Of a stretch of 64,000 nucleotides of DNA, positions 20,801 to 30,808 are shown piece after piece. The stretch's first letter is position 1, and each line of letters starts with the position of its first letter. The translations under genes were made by a program, and so were the position numbers. The stretch covers positions 22,185 to 86,184 of the forward strand of contig JALHMX010000012.1 in NCBI GenBank assembly GCA_022843825.1, written 5' to 3'. Below the pieces are notes generated by a model. The model was not told the DNA's origin and did no database searches. It saw nothing but the letters and a program-made list of their open reading frames with translations. This stretch comes from Pseudobdellovibrionaceae bacterium. Lineage in GTDB: Bacteria; Bdellovibrionota; Bdellovibrionia; Bdellovibrionales; Bdellovibrionaceae.

Positions 20801-21582
20801 TTTATTATAATTCCCAGAGGGTTTAGTTTTAAGGCCTCTTCTTTTTCGCTTTCAGCAATGGGCCCGATAATTATTTTTTTGAAGCGCTTATTTATATTTT
20901 CTATCAATTTATCAGTGAAAAAAGGACGATTATAGTAGGTCAGTGGATGGATAATGATGTCGGCACGAAAGGTGGCGGCCTCTAAGATGAAAAGACTTTC
21001 CATGGCCTTGATGCGCAAAATTTCTGGCTCGGTTGAGCCAAACAGATAAGTCGGCTGCAACTCCTTAAGATCTTTTGCCGGCGGATCATAAGCACTAACA
21101 AAGACAAAATTATTTCCGGCTTCAAAGCCTAAGTTTTTCATCGTATCAATAAAAACCGGAGAGCCTGACAGCGGATTATCACTCATGTTAAAAATGATTC
21201 TCTTGTCTTGAAGCTCGTTTTTATAGTTTTCAAGAAGTACCGCTGAATTCGGATCTGTACTTTGGATTTCGTCAAAACTACGACTTTGAAACTTCGAAGT
21301 TCTTTTTTCAGAAGTTTGCTTATCGGTTTCGTAGGCAGGATCGATCACAATTAACTTTTTATCGACTGTAACCGCAACATTAAGATAGACATTGTTTTCA
21401 GTTTTTAAACCCGCGTTAAGATTTTGGGGTTTAAGGACTTTAAAAATCAGGGTGTCCGTCACATCCGCGTAAAAGGGGTGCTTATATTCGATATAAAGCT
21501 GAGATCCGCCCCACATTTTGATAAGCACAAAGAAAAAAAGACAGACAGCTAGGGAAATAATGGTGGCGGTAAGTAATCTCAT
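20797..21582 (-). CDS. Membrane-anchored hypothetical protein
   Basis: 261 aa with an N-terminal TM helix and no motif I can assign. Its stop overlaps the ABC-F stop (CTAG). Confidence 0.5.
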   Translation of the reverse strand: MRLLTATIISLAVCLFFFVLIKMWGGSQLYIEYKHPFYADVTDTLIFKVLKPQNLNAGLKTENNVYLNVAVTVDKKLIVIDPAYETDKQTSEKRTSKFQSRSFDEIQSTDPNSAVLLENYKNELQDKRIIFNMSDNPLSGSPVFIDTMKNLGFEAGNNFVFVSAYDPPAKDLKELQPTYLFGSTEPEILRIKAMESLFILEAATFRADIIIHPLTYYNRPFFTDKLIENINKRFKKIIIGPIAESEKEEALKLNPLGIIIN

Positions 21583-21686
21583 AGGGGGTTTATTACAGAA
21601 TTTGAGGGAATCGGCAAGGACTGCATTTTCATTTGCCTTTCATTTAAAATGGCCGTATACCAAGAGGGCTTAAATACGATTAATTT

Positions 21687-21711
21687 TGACGTATATACAC
21701 TTTTAACGTCA
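21687..21711. promoter_or_regulatory. Inverted repeat TGACGT-N13-ACGTCA upstream of the Rrf2-suf operon (candidate operator)
   Basis: Perfect 6-bp arms read directly from the sequence, about 40 bp upstream of the Rrf2 start codon. Confidence 0.3.
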
Positions 21712-21750
21712 CCTAGTTGTTCTTAAGTACTTAATATTACTAGGAATAAA

Positions 21751-22158
21751 ATGAACAAGATTAATAAAAAAACTGAATATGCATTAATGGCTCTTAAGTA
21801 TTTCAGCGATAATACTCAAGGCCCCGTATTAGTCAGCGCTAAGGATTTAGCTGAAAAAACTCATACTCCTTTTGATGTTATTGCCCGCGTGCTGCAGGCC
21901 CTCAGTTCCCGTGGAATTTTGAAGGCTGAGTATGGCGTCAGCGGTGGCTATCAGTTGGTGAAAAACTTAGAAGATATTACTGTTTACGATTTAATGAATA
22001 TCTTAGAAAGTTCTACTGAGCTGGCCAAATGTCTAGGATCTGAAACCAGCTGTGAGCTCAGTTCTACGTGCACGATTGTTTCTCCTATTACCAATTTAAA
22101 TCATAGAGTTCAGAATTTTTATAAATCCATTTCATTGGCCGAGGTTCTCCATGTCTGA
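21751..22158 (+). CDS. Rrf2-family (IscR/SufR-like) Fe-S cluster-binding transcriptional regulator
   Basis: N-terminal winged HTH ([10 protein letters not shown]...) and a C-x6-C-x5-C cluster-ligand motif. First gene of the suf operon. Confidence 0.85.
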   Translation: MNKINKKTEYALMALKYFSDNTQGPVLVSAKDLAEKTHTPFDVIARVLQALSSRGILKAEYGVSGGYQLVKNLEDITVYDLMNILESSTELAKCLGSETSCELSSTCTIVSPITNLNHRVQNFYKSISLAEVLHV

Positions 22159-23584
22159 GTCCTACGAATATAAATATGGATTTGAAACGAATATTGAATC
22201 CGACACCATCCCGAAGGGATTAAACGAGGATATTATACGAATAATATCAAAAAAGAAAAACGAGCCTGAATGGGTTTTGGACTATCGTTTAAAAGCCTTT
22301 CGTCATTGGGAGACCTTAACCGAGCCTAGTGTGGCTGTGAACAAATGGGCACAGGTCAGTTACCCACCAATTAATTTTCAAGATCTTACTTATTATTCTG
22401 CGCCAAAAACAAAAAAAGATATTAAGAATATGGACGAAATTGATCCAGAACTTATTAGAACTTTCGAGCGCTTGGGAATCCCTTTGCAAGAGCAAAAAAG
22501 AATTTCTGGAGTGGCGGTGGATGTGGTGTTTGATTCAGTCAGCATTGCAACGACTCATTACGAAGAGTTAGAAAAAATTGGAGTTGTTTTTTGCTCTATC
22601 TCTGAGGCCATTCACAAACATCCAGATATAGTCAAAAAATATTTTGGTTCCGTTGTGCCTTACACGGACAATTATTACGCCGCTTTGAATGCTGCTGTGT
22701 TTTCTGACGGATCATTTGTTTATATTCCTAAAAATATTCGATGTCCGATTGATTTGTCTACGTACTTTCGAATCAACGCCAAAGAGACCGGCCAGTTTGA
22801 GCGAACTTTAATTATTGCCGATGAGGGCAGTTTTGTTAATTATCTTGAGGGCTGTACTGCGCCTCAACGAGACGAGAACCAATTGCATTCAGCAATCGTA
22901 GAGTTAGTTGCTTTAGAGCGCGCCGAAATTAAGTACTCTACAGTTCAGAACTGGTACACGGGAGACAAAGAAGGAAAAGGCGGAATCTACAATTTTGTAA
23001 CTAAGCGTGGCATCTGCAAAGGCTATAAATCTAAAATATCATGGACGCAGGTGGAATCTGGCTCTGCTATAACTTGGAAGTATCCTTCTGTTATACTACA
23101 AGGTGATTACTCAGAAGGTGCTTTTTACAGTGTGGCGTTAACTCATGACTATATGCAGGCTGATACTGGCACTAAGATGATTCATATTGGAAAAAACACC
23201 AAAAGCACAATTATTTCTAAGGGTATCTCTGCGGGACATTCCTCTAACTCCTATCGCGGCCTAGTGCGCATTATGCCTTCAGCAGAAAATGCACGAAATT
23301 ATTCACAGTGTGACTCAATGTTGGTCGGCGATAAATGCAGTGCGCATACGTTTCCCTATATTGATGTAAAAAATAAATCAGCGACTTTAGAGCATGAAGC
23401 CACAACGTCGCGCATTTCAGAAGATCAAATTTTTTATTTGAATTCACGCGGGCTGGATTCAGAAAAATCTATTTCGATGTTAGTTAATGGATTTTGCAAA
23501 GAAGTTTTTAAAGAGTTGCCACTTGAGTTTTCGGTCGAAGCCGTAAAACTAATTGAAATGAAGTTAGAAAACAGCGTGGGATAA
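22151..23584 (+). CDS. sufB: Fe-S cluster assembly protein SufB
   Basis: 477 aa full-length SufB-like sequence, including the typical C-terminal [13 protein letters not shown]. Confidence 0.95.
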   Translation: MSESYEYKYGFETNIESDTIPKGLNEDIIRIISKKKNEPEWVLDYRLKAFRHWETLTEPSVAVNKWAQVSYPPINFQDLTYYSAPKTKKDIKNMDEIDPELIRTFERLGIPLQEQKRISGVAVDVVFDSVSIATTHYEELEKIGVVFCSISEAIHKHPDIVKKYFGSVVPYTDNYYAALNAAVFSDGSFVYIPKNIRCPIDLSTYFRINAKETGQFERTLIIADEGSFVNYLEGCTAPQRDENQLHSAIVELVALERAEIKYSTVQNWYTGDKEGKGGIYNFVTKRGICKGYKSKISWTQVESGSAITWKYPSVILQGDYSEGAFYSVALTHDYMQADTGTKMIHIGKNTKSTIISKGISAGHSSNSYRGLVRIMPSAENARNYSQCDSMLVGDKCSAHTFPYIDVKNKSATLEHEATTSRISEDQIFYLNSRGLDSEKSISMLVNGFCKEVFKELPLEFSVEAVKLIEMKLENSVG

Positions 23585-23595
23585 AGGAAGCCAGT

Positions 23596-24345
23596 ATGTT
23601 AGAAATTAAAAATTTGCATGTTAAAACAGATGATAAAGAAATTTTAAAAGGGCTTAATTTAAAGATTAAGGCTGGTGAAGTGCATGCTATTATGGGTCCG
23701 AATGGATCCGGAAAAAGTACATTAGCTAAAGTGATTGCTGGACACCCTGCGTTTGAGGTCACAGAAGGCGATATCAAATACGAGATTAATCTTCAGATGA
23801 AAAATTTGTTGGAGCTGGCTCCAGATGTCAGAGCTAAAGAGGGCGTTTTTTTGGCCTTTCAGTATCCCGTCGAAGTTCCAGGAGTAAGTAATATTAGTTT
23901 TTTACAAACTGCTTTTAATTCAGTTTTGCAATACCAAGGCTCAGAGCCTATGAACGAGAGCGACTTTAAAAAGTTTTTAAACAAAAAAATGGAGTTAGTA
24001 CAGATGAAGCCGGAATATCTTGATCGCTCGGTCAATGTGGGATTCTCTGGCGGCGAAAAAAAGCGTAATGAAATTTTACAAATGGCTGTGCTATCTCCTC
24101 GATTAGCTTTATTGGATGAAACTGATTCAGGGTTAGATATAGATGCCTTAAGGATAGTAGCGGATGGTGTTAATAAAATTAAATCAAAAGACAATGCCAT
24201 AGTTATGGTAACGCATTACCAAAGACTTTTAGATTATATAAAACCAGATTTTGTTCACGTCTTGGCAGATGGAAAAATTATTCAAACCGGTGACGCTAGC
24301 TTGGCTTTAGAACTTGAGAAAAAAGGCTATGATTGGTTAATGTAA
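23596..24345 (+). CDS. sufC: Fe-S cluster assembly ATPase SufC
   Basis: Walker A GPNGSGKST, signature FSGGEKKR and Walker B LLDETDSGLD. Confidence 0.95.
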   Translation: MLEIKNLHVKTDDKEILKGLNLKIKAGEVHAIMGPNGSGKSTLAKVIAGHPAFEVTEGDIKYEINLQMKNLLELAPDVRAKEGVFLAFQYPVEVPGVSNISFLQTAFNSVLQYQGSEPMNESDFKKFLNKKMELVQMKPEYLDRSVNVGFSGGEKKRNEILQMAVLSPRLALLDETDSGLDIDALRIVADGVNKIKSKDNAIVMVTHYQRLLDYIKPDFVHVLADGKIIQTGDASLALELEKKGYDWLM

Positions 24346-24346
24346 T

Positions 24347-25609
24347 ATGATGACTAAAGAACAGTTTCTAACTTTTAAACAACAGCATCCTTTAGACAGC
24401 ATTAAGGCATCGCAATTGCGCGACCAGGCCTTTGAAGCTTTTATGCATGACGGCTGGCCGAGTAAAAAAGAAGAGGCCTGGAAATACACTTCGCTGAGCC
24501 ATCTAAAAAATGAGCCATACGCTTTGCTTTCGGAAGAGGCTGCGTTGGGGCATGAGGATTTAAAATGGATTTCTGAACACTTAAGAAGTGATGATATTAA
24601 TTTAGTTTTTGTAAACGGTGTATTTAATGAAACCCTCTCTGACGAAGCTGAAGGGCTTTTTGACTCACAAGAGCTGTCAGCAGAGGATTTTAACATAACA
24701 GCTCCCACAGAAATTAAAGTGCTTCATCATTCACAGGCTTTTTATAGTAAAAAATATGCTTTGAATGTGAGTGCTAAAAATCATGCGGAGAAAATTATTC
24801 AGATTACTTTTGCACAAACAGAAAAAGAAATGACTTTTGTAAACTCACTGATCGAAGTCATCGTGCAAAAAAATACGCGTGCTAAAGTCGTGATCAACCA
24901 TATTGGGCAAAAAAACACTGGGCAGTATTTATCCAGCACTCAAATTAAAATTAAAGTTCAGCAAGATGCTCATTTACAGTTTTTGCAAATGCAGAATTCA
25001 GAAGTATCTAATACTTACTTCTCTCAAGTCACTTTTGATTTAGACCAACAAGCGCACTTAACCACTTTAGATTTGGCCCTAGGCGCGAAACTTTCTCGCC
25101 ATTATTTGCAAGTGAATTTTAATGGAGAACATGCGCAGGCGGAGGTTTACGGAGTTATTGGTTTATCGAAAAATCAACACTCGGATCATTACACATTTAT
25201 TAATCACGTTAAGGGTCACAATCATTCTGTGCAAAAATATAAGTCGATATTAGCCGATCAATCACATTCGATTTTTCGCGGACGCATTCGCATTGAAAAA
25301 GATGCGCAAAAAGCTTCGTCAGAGCAATTAAATAATAGTCTGATGTTAAGTAGAGAGGCTCATGTAAATAGCATTCCTCAGCTAGAAATTTATGCCGACG
25401 ACGTCAAGGCGGGTCATGGTTCAACAGTAGGACAGTTAAGCCAAGACGAAATGTTTTATTTATTAAGTCGCGGTATAGATCAAGTTCAAGCAGTAAAAAT
25501 GATGTCTTACGGTTTTGTTTTAGAAATGACTGCGATTTTTCAAAATGTAGAAATGCGGCAAAAAGTCTCTACGGCTTTAAACCAGAAACTTAATGGGATG
25601 TTTATATGA
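24347..25609 (+). CDS. sufD: Fe-S cluster assembly protein SufD
   Basis: SufB/D beta-helix C-terminal region (IPQLEIYADDVKAGHGSTVGQL). Positioned after sufC. Confidence 0.9.
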   Translation: MMTKEQFLTFKQQHPLDSIKASQLRDQAFEAFMHDGWPSKKEEAWKYTSLSHLKNEPYALLSEEAALGHEDLKWISEHLRSDDINLVFVNGVFNETLSDEAEGLFDSQELSAEDFNITAPTEIKVLHHSQAFYSKKYALNVSAKNHAEKIIQITFAQTEKEMTFVNSLIEVIVQKNTRAKVVINHIGQKNTGQYLSSTQIKIKVQQDAHLQFLQMQNSEVSNTYFSQVTFDLDQQAHLTTLDLALGAKLSRHYLQVNFNGEHAQAEVYGVIGLSKNQHSDHYTFINHVKGHNHSVQKYKSILADQSHSIFRGRIRIEKDAQKASSEQLNNSLMLSREAHVNSIPQLEIYADDVKAGHGSTVGQLSQDEMFYLLSRGIDQVQAVKMMSYGFVLEMTAIFQNVEMRQKVSTALNQKLNGMFI

Positions 25610-26823
25610 TGGATACAGCTTCGTTAAGAAAACAATTTCCAGCCCTAAGTCAGAAAGTTTATGGCAAGCCATTGGTATATCTAGATAGCGCAGCTACAAC
25701 CTTGAAACCTCAGTCCGTAGTAGATCGCATGACTCGTTTTTATTCCTTTGAGTGTTCAAATGTTCATCGGGGCGCTCATTTTTTGAGTGATCAGGCAACG
25801 GGGTATTTTGAATCTGCACGCCAGACAATTAAAGAGTTTCTGAATGCCTCTAGCGCTGAGGAGATTATTTTCACAAAAGGAACAACAGAAAGTATTAACT
25901 TAGTTGTTGATAGCTATGGCTTTAATTTTTTGAATGATGGCGATGAAATTGTATTAACAGAACTTGAGCATCATGCGAATTTAGTTCCTTGGCAAAATTT
26001 AGCTTTAAAGAAAAATCTTAAGTTAAAATTTATATCTGTTTTACCAAATGGAGAAATAGATCTGAGTCAAATGGATCAGGTGATTACTTCAAAAACAAAG
26101 TTAGTCAGTTTTTCGGGTTGTTCAAATATTTTGGGAACCTTTTTGCCGGTGGAAAAAATTGTGCAAAAAGCCAAATCGGTGGGGGCGATAACTTTACTAG
26201 ATGCTGCCCAGTTGGTATCGCAAAAAAAGGTCGACGTTCAAAAATTGGATATCGATTTTTTAGCATTTTCAGCCCATAAGCTTTTTGGTCCCTACGGCTT
26301 CGGAGTTCTTTACGGTAAAAAAGCATTATTAGAAAAAATGCCTCCGTATCAGTTTGGTGGAAGTATGATTTCGGAAGTTCAGTTTGATAGTTCAACATAT
26401 AACAGCTTGCCTTATAAATTTGAGTCAGGAACTCCTCACATAGAAGGAGCCATTGGCACGGAAGCTGCGATTCATTTTTTTAGTAGTCTATCCTTAGAAA
26501 AAATTTATCAACACGAGCAACTGTTGCTGAAAACGGCTACCGAAAGACTTAAAACTATGCCAGAAATAAAAATTCTGGGTGAAGCCGCGGAAAAAGCTCC
26601 GATCATCAGTTTTAATTTACAAAATGTACATCATTCAGATGTCGGCCAAATTCTGGATCAGCAAGGCGTTGCAGTACGAGCGGGGCATCATTGCACTCAG
26701 CCTTTTTTGCGCAAGATCGGCTTGACGGGCACTATCCGAGCTTCATTTTCTGTATATAACAATCTTGAAGACGTTGATCGATTAATAGAGGGCGTCCAAA
26801 AAGCAAAAAGGATGTTGTTATGA
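25606..26823 (+). CDS. sufS: Cysteine desulfurase SufS (class II)
   Basis: PLP lysine region SAHKLFGP and catalytic region RAGHHC. 405 aa. Confidence 0.92.
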   Translation: MMDTASLRKQFPALSQKVYGKPLVYLDSAATTLKPQSVVDRMTRFYSFECSNVHRGAHFLSDQATGYFESARQTIKEFLNASSAEEIIFTKGTTESINLVVDSYGFNFLNDGDEIVLTELEHHANLVPWQNLALKKNLKLKFISVLPNGEIDLSQMDQVITSKTKLVSFSGCSNILGTFLPVEKIVQKAKSVGAITLLDAAQLVSQKKVDVQKLDIDFLAFSAHKLFGPYGFGVLYGKKALLEKMPPYQFGGSMISEVQFDSSTYNSLPYKFESGTPHIEGAIGTEAAIHFFSSLSLEKIYQHEQLLLKTATERLKTMPEIKILGEAAEKAPIISFNLQNVHHSDVGQILDQQGVAVRAGHHCTQPFLRKIGLTGTIRASFSVYNNLEDVDRLIEGVQKAKRMLL

Positions 26824-27374
26824 GTGAGATTTTAATTCGTGTACAAGCTACGCCGAATCCTTGCGCTTGGAAATTTATTTTAGATCGTCCTGTTTTAAAT
26901 GAAGGCAAGGCTACATATTCTAGTATCGATGAAGCGGCTCACAATCCTTTGGCGAAATCTTTGTTTGAAATTCCTGGCGTGCGCCAAGTACATTACTTTC
27001 AAAATGTAATTACAGTAACGCATCAGTTTGATGTTGAGGAAGAGGCCATTAAAGCCGCCGCATGCGCGGTTATTCAAACTCGAATGCCTATTCATAATCC
27101 GAATCAAACCGTGTTTGATGAGAAAAAAATTGCTCGTGAAAATTTGTCACCAGAGCAACAAAAAATTGAAGAAATTCTAGATCGTACAATTCGTCCTGGT
27201 CTTCAAGGTGACGGCGGCGATATAGAAATCATAAAACTTGAAGATAATAAAGTTTATGTCATGTACCAAGGGGCGTGCGGCACTTGTCCAAGTTCCACCA
27301 CCGGCACTCTTATGGCCATCGAAGGCATCCTTAAAGACGAGTACGACCCTGCCATCGAAGTTATCCCGTTATAA
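26820..27374 (+). CDS. Nfu/NifU-like Fe-S scaffold or carrier protein
   Basis: Nfu_N-like N-domain plus a NifU C-domain with the CGTCPSS (CxxC) motif. Confidence 0.85.
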   Translation: MSEILIRVQATPNPCAWKFILDRPVLNEGKATYSSIDEAAHNPLAKSLFEIPGVRQVHYFQNVITVTHQFDVEEEAIKAAACAVIQTRMPIHNPNQTVFDEKKIARENLSPEQQKIEEILDRTIRPGLQGDGGDIEIIKLEDNKVYVMYQGACGTCPSSTTGTLMAIEGILKDEYDPAIEVIPL

Positions 27375-27375
27375 A

Positions 27376-28152
27376 GGTGCCAGGCTACTTTTCGGAACGC
27401 GGCGCATATTAATTATGCTGCTTCTGCTTTAATGAGTTATTAGCTGAGCATGGCTTTTGCCTTAGTAATCAGTATGCCTAGAGCCAATACAGTTTTGCAG
27501 TCAGATTATCCGTATAATATCAGTGCGCGGTGTATTAATCGCGACTGGTTTGCAATTCCTATCGAGAAAGTTTGGGAGATATTTTGTGAGGAGCTTACTA
27601 TAACTTGCGACAAATATAGTATGCAGATCCATAGCTTTGTTTTAATGAGTAATCACTTCCATTTGCTCGCTACAACTCCTAAATCCAACATTAGTGATTG
27701 TATGCAATACTTAATAGGTCGTACAAGTAAACGCATAACGAAATCCGCAAACCGAATTAATGAAACGTACGCTGGCCGATATTATAAGTGTATTTTACAT
27801 GAGCAGAGCTATTACTTGAATGCCTATAAGTATAACTATAGAAACCCTGTCACCGCAGGAATATGTAAAACAGTTCAGGACTACTCATTCAGTACACTGC
27901 CTATGGTAATCGGTATAAGAAAAAATCTAATACCCTTAGTTGAGGATCTTACGTACTACTGCAGTCCTCAAGAAACGTTGAATTGGTTGAATCAGAAACC
28001 TGATTCAACAAAAATAGAAGCTGCTCGCTATGGATTTAGGAGACAGTACTTTCAGTCAAAAAAATGCCTGAGAACAAAAAAATTTATTTTAGGGCCAAAC
28101 GACATATTGTAAGCTATTTGTTGCTATGCGTTCCGAAAAGTAGCCAGGCACC
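27376..28152 (+). mobile_element. RAYT gene bracketed by inverted REP-like arms
   Basis: GGTGCCAGGCTACTTTTCGGAACGC (27376-27400) and its reverse complement with one mismatch (28128-28152) flank the Y1-transposase-like gene. Confidence 0.8.
27450..28112 (+). CDS. REP-associated tyrosine transposase (RAYT; IS200/IS605 Y1 TnpA-like)
   Basis: HUH motif SNHFHLL and the catalytic-Tyr region YKYNYRNPVTAGI. The start may be ATG 27474 (MPRAN...). Confidence 0.85.
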   Translation: MAFALVISMPRANTVLQSDYPYNISARCINRDWFAIPIEKVWEIFCEELTITCDKYSMQIHSFVLMSNHFHLLATTPKSNISDCMQYLIGRTSKRITKSANRINETYAGRYYKCILHEQSYYLNAYKYNYRNPVTAGICKTVQDYSFSTLPMVIGIRKNLIPLVEDLTYYCSPQETLNWLNQKPDSTKIEAARYGFRRQYFQSKKCLRTKKFILGPNDIL

Positions 28153-28781
28153 TATTTAATAACTTTTTTTAAGTCGAATTTTTTAGAGCGTGATGATTGG
28201 GTTTCAACTTTTTGATTTGCGCGCCGTTGTTCTTGTTCGGCGGCATGAGCTTGCTGCACTACATACTCAAATGAGTCTTCTGGTCTGGACGATGATAAAA
28301 CTTCTTTATGAAGTTTGTGGCTATCAACAACACCATCGATCACAAAGCTAAGATATGTTTGAGCTGATTTGTTAAATCCATAGACAATTAATGGGATTTC
28401 AATTTGTTCGCCCTGCTTTAATTCCTTGAGGGTGCCATCTATATGTGAAGCAGATGCTGTTACAGATTCTCCTAATATCCACTTATACTGCAATCCAGCT
28501 GGTAAGTCCTTCTTGGCTGTAAGTACTGCTTTGACGATCGAGGTTTGATTTCCATCTTCAGAGATATGTTCATGCTTAATACGCACTTCAAAGTAGTCTT
28601 GATATATTTGATGCGCGGCTATTTTAGTGAGCGTGCGATTTTGGTTTATCGAAGCCGTTGTGCGAAGTGGATTGCCATATAAATCAGAATTTTGATTTAG
28701 AAATACATGAGTTACACCATAACCAGTGAAGACGCCAATGATGGTAATACCTAATAAATTTAAAATGAACTGCTTGGACAT
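28152..28781 (-). CDS. Small TM-anchored partner protein, copy 2 (paralog of 30795-31301)
   Basis: 209 aa with an N-terminal TM helix. The core LQYKWILGESV...GTLKELKQGEQIEI...SFEYVVQQ aligns with copy 1. It overlaps the upstream gene by 22 nt. Confidence 0.7.
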   Translation of the reverse strand: MSKQFILNLLGITIIGVFTGYGVTHVFLNQNSDLYGNPLRTTASINQNRTLTKIAAHQIYQDYFEVRIKHEHISEDGNQTSIVKAVLTAKKDLPAGLQYKWILGESVTASASHIDGTLKELKQGEQIEIPLIVYGFNKSAQTYLSFVIDGVVDSHKLHKEVLSSSRPEDSFEYVVQQAHAAEQEQRRANQKVETQSSRSKKFDLKKVIK

Positions 28782-30808
28782 AAGTAACCTCCACTTTGAT
28801 TTCTTAACGTATATGAATATGCCGTATTCCCTGCTATGAAGCCGGGAGTGTATGCGCGCACATTTAATAAATAGTTTGCTGAGCTTGACAGCCCAGAAAT
28901 GCTAGCGGCTTTTGGGTAAGCAGTAGCCCCGCCGGAAGTTCTGGTTGAAGACACGACATCAGATGAGATTCCGCGCGAGCACGTAGTGCCATTGCAGTCT
29001 TCATTATAAATAAAGTCTTCTAGAAAAATAAGTAGGTCGATAGGAACATTTGGAGTACCACCAAGATTATTCACATCTTGGAGAACGATGCTAGTTACGC
29101 CGGGTAAAGCTGTTTTATCGATTTGAAAATAATGATTGGAATAGCGCTGATCACTTTTGTCTTGGTAGTTGTTTACACGCGGCAGGATTCTAAAGGTACA
29201 AGCACTGCCACTGGGAATTAATTTTATAGCATAGGCTGGCCATGTTAAATCTCCACCAACAGTAAAGTCTGCATCGTCATATAAATGTAAGGCTTCATCG
29301 GAGGTCAGCATGTTGTTAATATTTACTGAAAGTGATCCGGCTTTGACGGCTTTAAAGCGCTCTAGCCAGCGCACAGAACTGCGGAAGGGATAAATACTTT
29401 GTCCAAGGCCAAGGCCAAACTTATCGAAGGATCTCCATAAATCACTAAAATTGTCTTCGTTTACACAATTTGCAAATGGAGCTAAACAGGTATTTGTTGC
29501 TTTAAATAGTCCTCGGGAAATGGACACCTCACGAAAATGACTTTCTCCTGGATGCATAGCAGGGCTTACCGGATCAAAGCTGTAGGCCCCGCTTCCTGCT
29601 GATGTATGTAAAGTTTCAGTTGTGCTGTTGCCTGGACGAGCCAAATTAAAGCGGATGTATTCGTAGCCACTGGCAGTGTGTCCTTCAGAGTCAAAGTAGT
29701 AAAGCCATTCTCCATTAGGCAAATCTGCTTGTAAGTCAGGATTAATATCATCAATTTTGTTTTTAATGATATGGGCGCTAAAATAATTTCCCCAAGCTTC
29801 AGACCAAGCCAGTCGAGCATCAATACGCATGTTTCCGTTATGTGGCCCGCCCGGAGAATCCATACCACTACAAACATTTTCTATATGATGGCCAAGCTCA
29901 TGAATAATTACCGAATCATCAAAATGGTCTGTGTCGACTGTCGATACATTCCCCAAAATACCGCCGTTAATGTAAAGCTCATTGTCGCCTCGAAGATAAA
30001 ATGAAATTGTTCCCAGAGAACCCGGGTCCACTGAAGGATAGATATACTGATTAGGATTAAAACCTGCTTTCCAGAAAGCGCTTACTTTGGTGTTTAAGCA
30101 TGTCAAATCTTGAGTTCCAGTGTTGTTCGCTAGATAGTCATAAGTAGTTATAATATTATTATAGATATTAAATGCGCCGCCCTCGATCTTTGGAGAAATA
30201 TTTTCTAGTGCTGTTGCGCTCATGGCAATTGGATATGATCCAGTGCCAGTAGTATTTATAGTAGTAGAAATGCGATGTACATTTTCAGAACAAATTTCTT
30301 CTTTTACGCTGACAAGTGCATTGAATGCAGGTTTTCCCCCAGGCACACTCATTGTATGATTTGATCGGGCTAAAACTTCAACTTGATAAGTTCCCGCTGT
30401 GTCAGGTATTTGCAGATCCCCTGTTCCGTTTAAAGCCTTAAGCTGTCCGGTCCCATTGGTTTTTCCGCACTGAATAACTTGTCCAGCGGAGTTGAGTACA
30501 CGAATTTCAGCAAAGCGAATCGGTAAGTTTGATGAAATAGGATTAGATAAAGTTAAACGCTCTACCACACCGGCATTTTCACTGACGACAAGGCCTCGTT
30601 TTGAAAAAGTCGCTGATCCAATGATAATCGTACTTCCAGTGTAAGCGGTACTTACAGAGCAAAGAGGATCTTCTAATTTTTGGACTGAACATAAGCCATT
30701 GCCACCATTACTGCTGACAGCTTCAGATTCTGCAGGTTTACAGCCTGCTGCAAAAGCAAAAACTGCAAGAGCTAAAATAGATTTAAGTAAAATTTTATTT
30801 ATCAGCAT
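28760..30808 (-). CDS. Lipoprotein, putative secreted zinc metallopeptidase (HExxH gluzincin-like), copy 2
   Basis: Lipobox FAAGC, HELGH at 29888-29902 (residues 303-307) and a downstream LAWSEAWGNYF motif. Full-length paralog of 31292-33388. Confidence 0.7.
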   Translation of the reverse strand: MLINKILLKSILALAVFAFAAGCKPAESEAVSSNGGNGLCSVQKLEDPLCSVSTAYTGSTIIIGSATFSKRGLVVSENAGVVERLTLSNPISSNLPIRFAEIRVLNSAGQVIQCGKTNGTGQLKALNGTGDLQIPDTAGTYQVEVLARSNHTMSVPGGKPAFNALVSVKEEICSENVHRISTTINTTGTGSYPIAMSATALENISPKIEGGAFNIYNNIITTYDYLANNTGTQDLTCLNTKVSAFWKAGFNPNQYIYPSVDPGSLGTISFYLRGDNELYINGGILGNVSTVDTDHFDDSVIIHELGHHIENVCSGMDSPGGPHNGNMRIDARLAWSEAWGNYFSAHIIKNKIDDINPDLQADLPNGEWLYYFDSEGHTASGYEYIRFNLARPGNSTTETLHTSAGSGAYSFDPVSPAMHPGESHFREVSISRGLFKATNTCLAPFANCVNEDNFSDLWRSFDKFGLGLGQSIYPFRSSVRWLERFKAVKAGSLSVNINNMLTSDEALHLYDDADFTVGGDLTWPAYAIKLIPSGSACTFRILPRVNNYQDKSDQRYSNHYFQIDKTALPGVTSIVLQDVNNLGGTPNVPIDLLIFLEDFIYNEDCNGTTCSRGISSDVVSSTRTSGGATAYPKAASISGLSSSANYLLNVRAYTPGFIAGNTAYSYTLRNQSGGYLCPSSSF

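Noticed and set aside
22151-27432. Nested or antisense ORFs within the suf operon (23508-23777, 23859-24200, 24337-24708, 26105-26398, 26895-27107, 27238-27432)
   Set aside because: They overlap well-supported suf genes and have no motifs or start signals. ORF 27238-27432 also runs through the REP arm.
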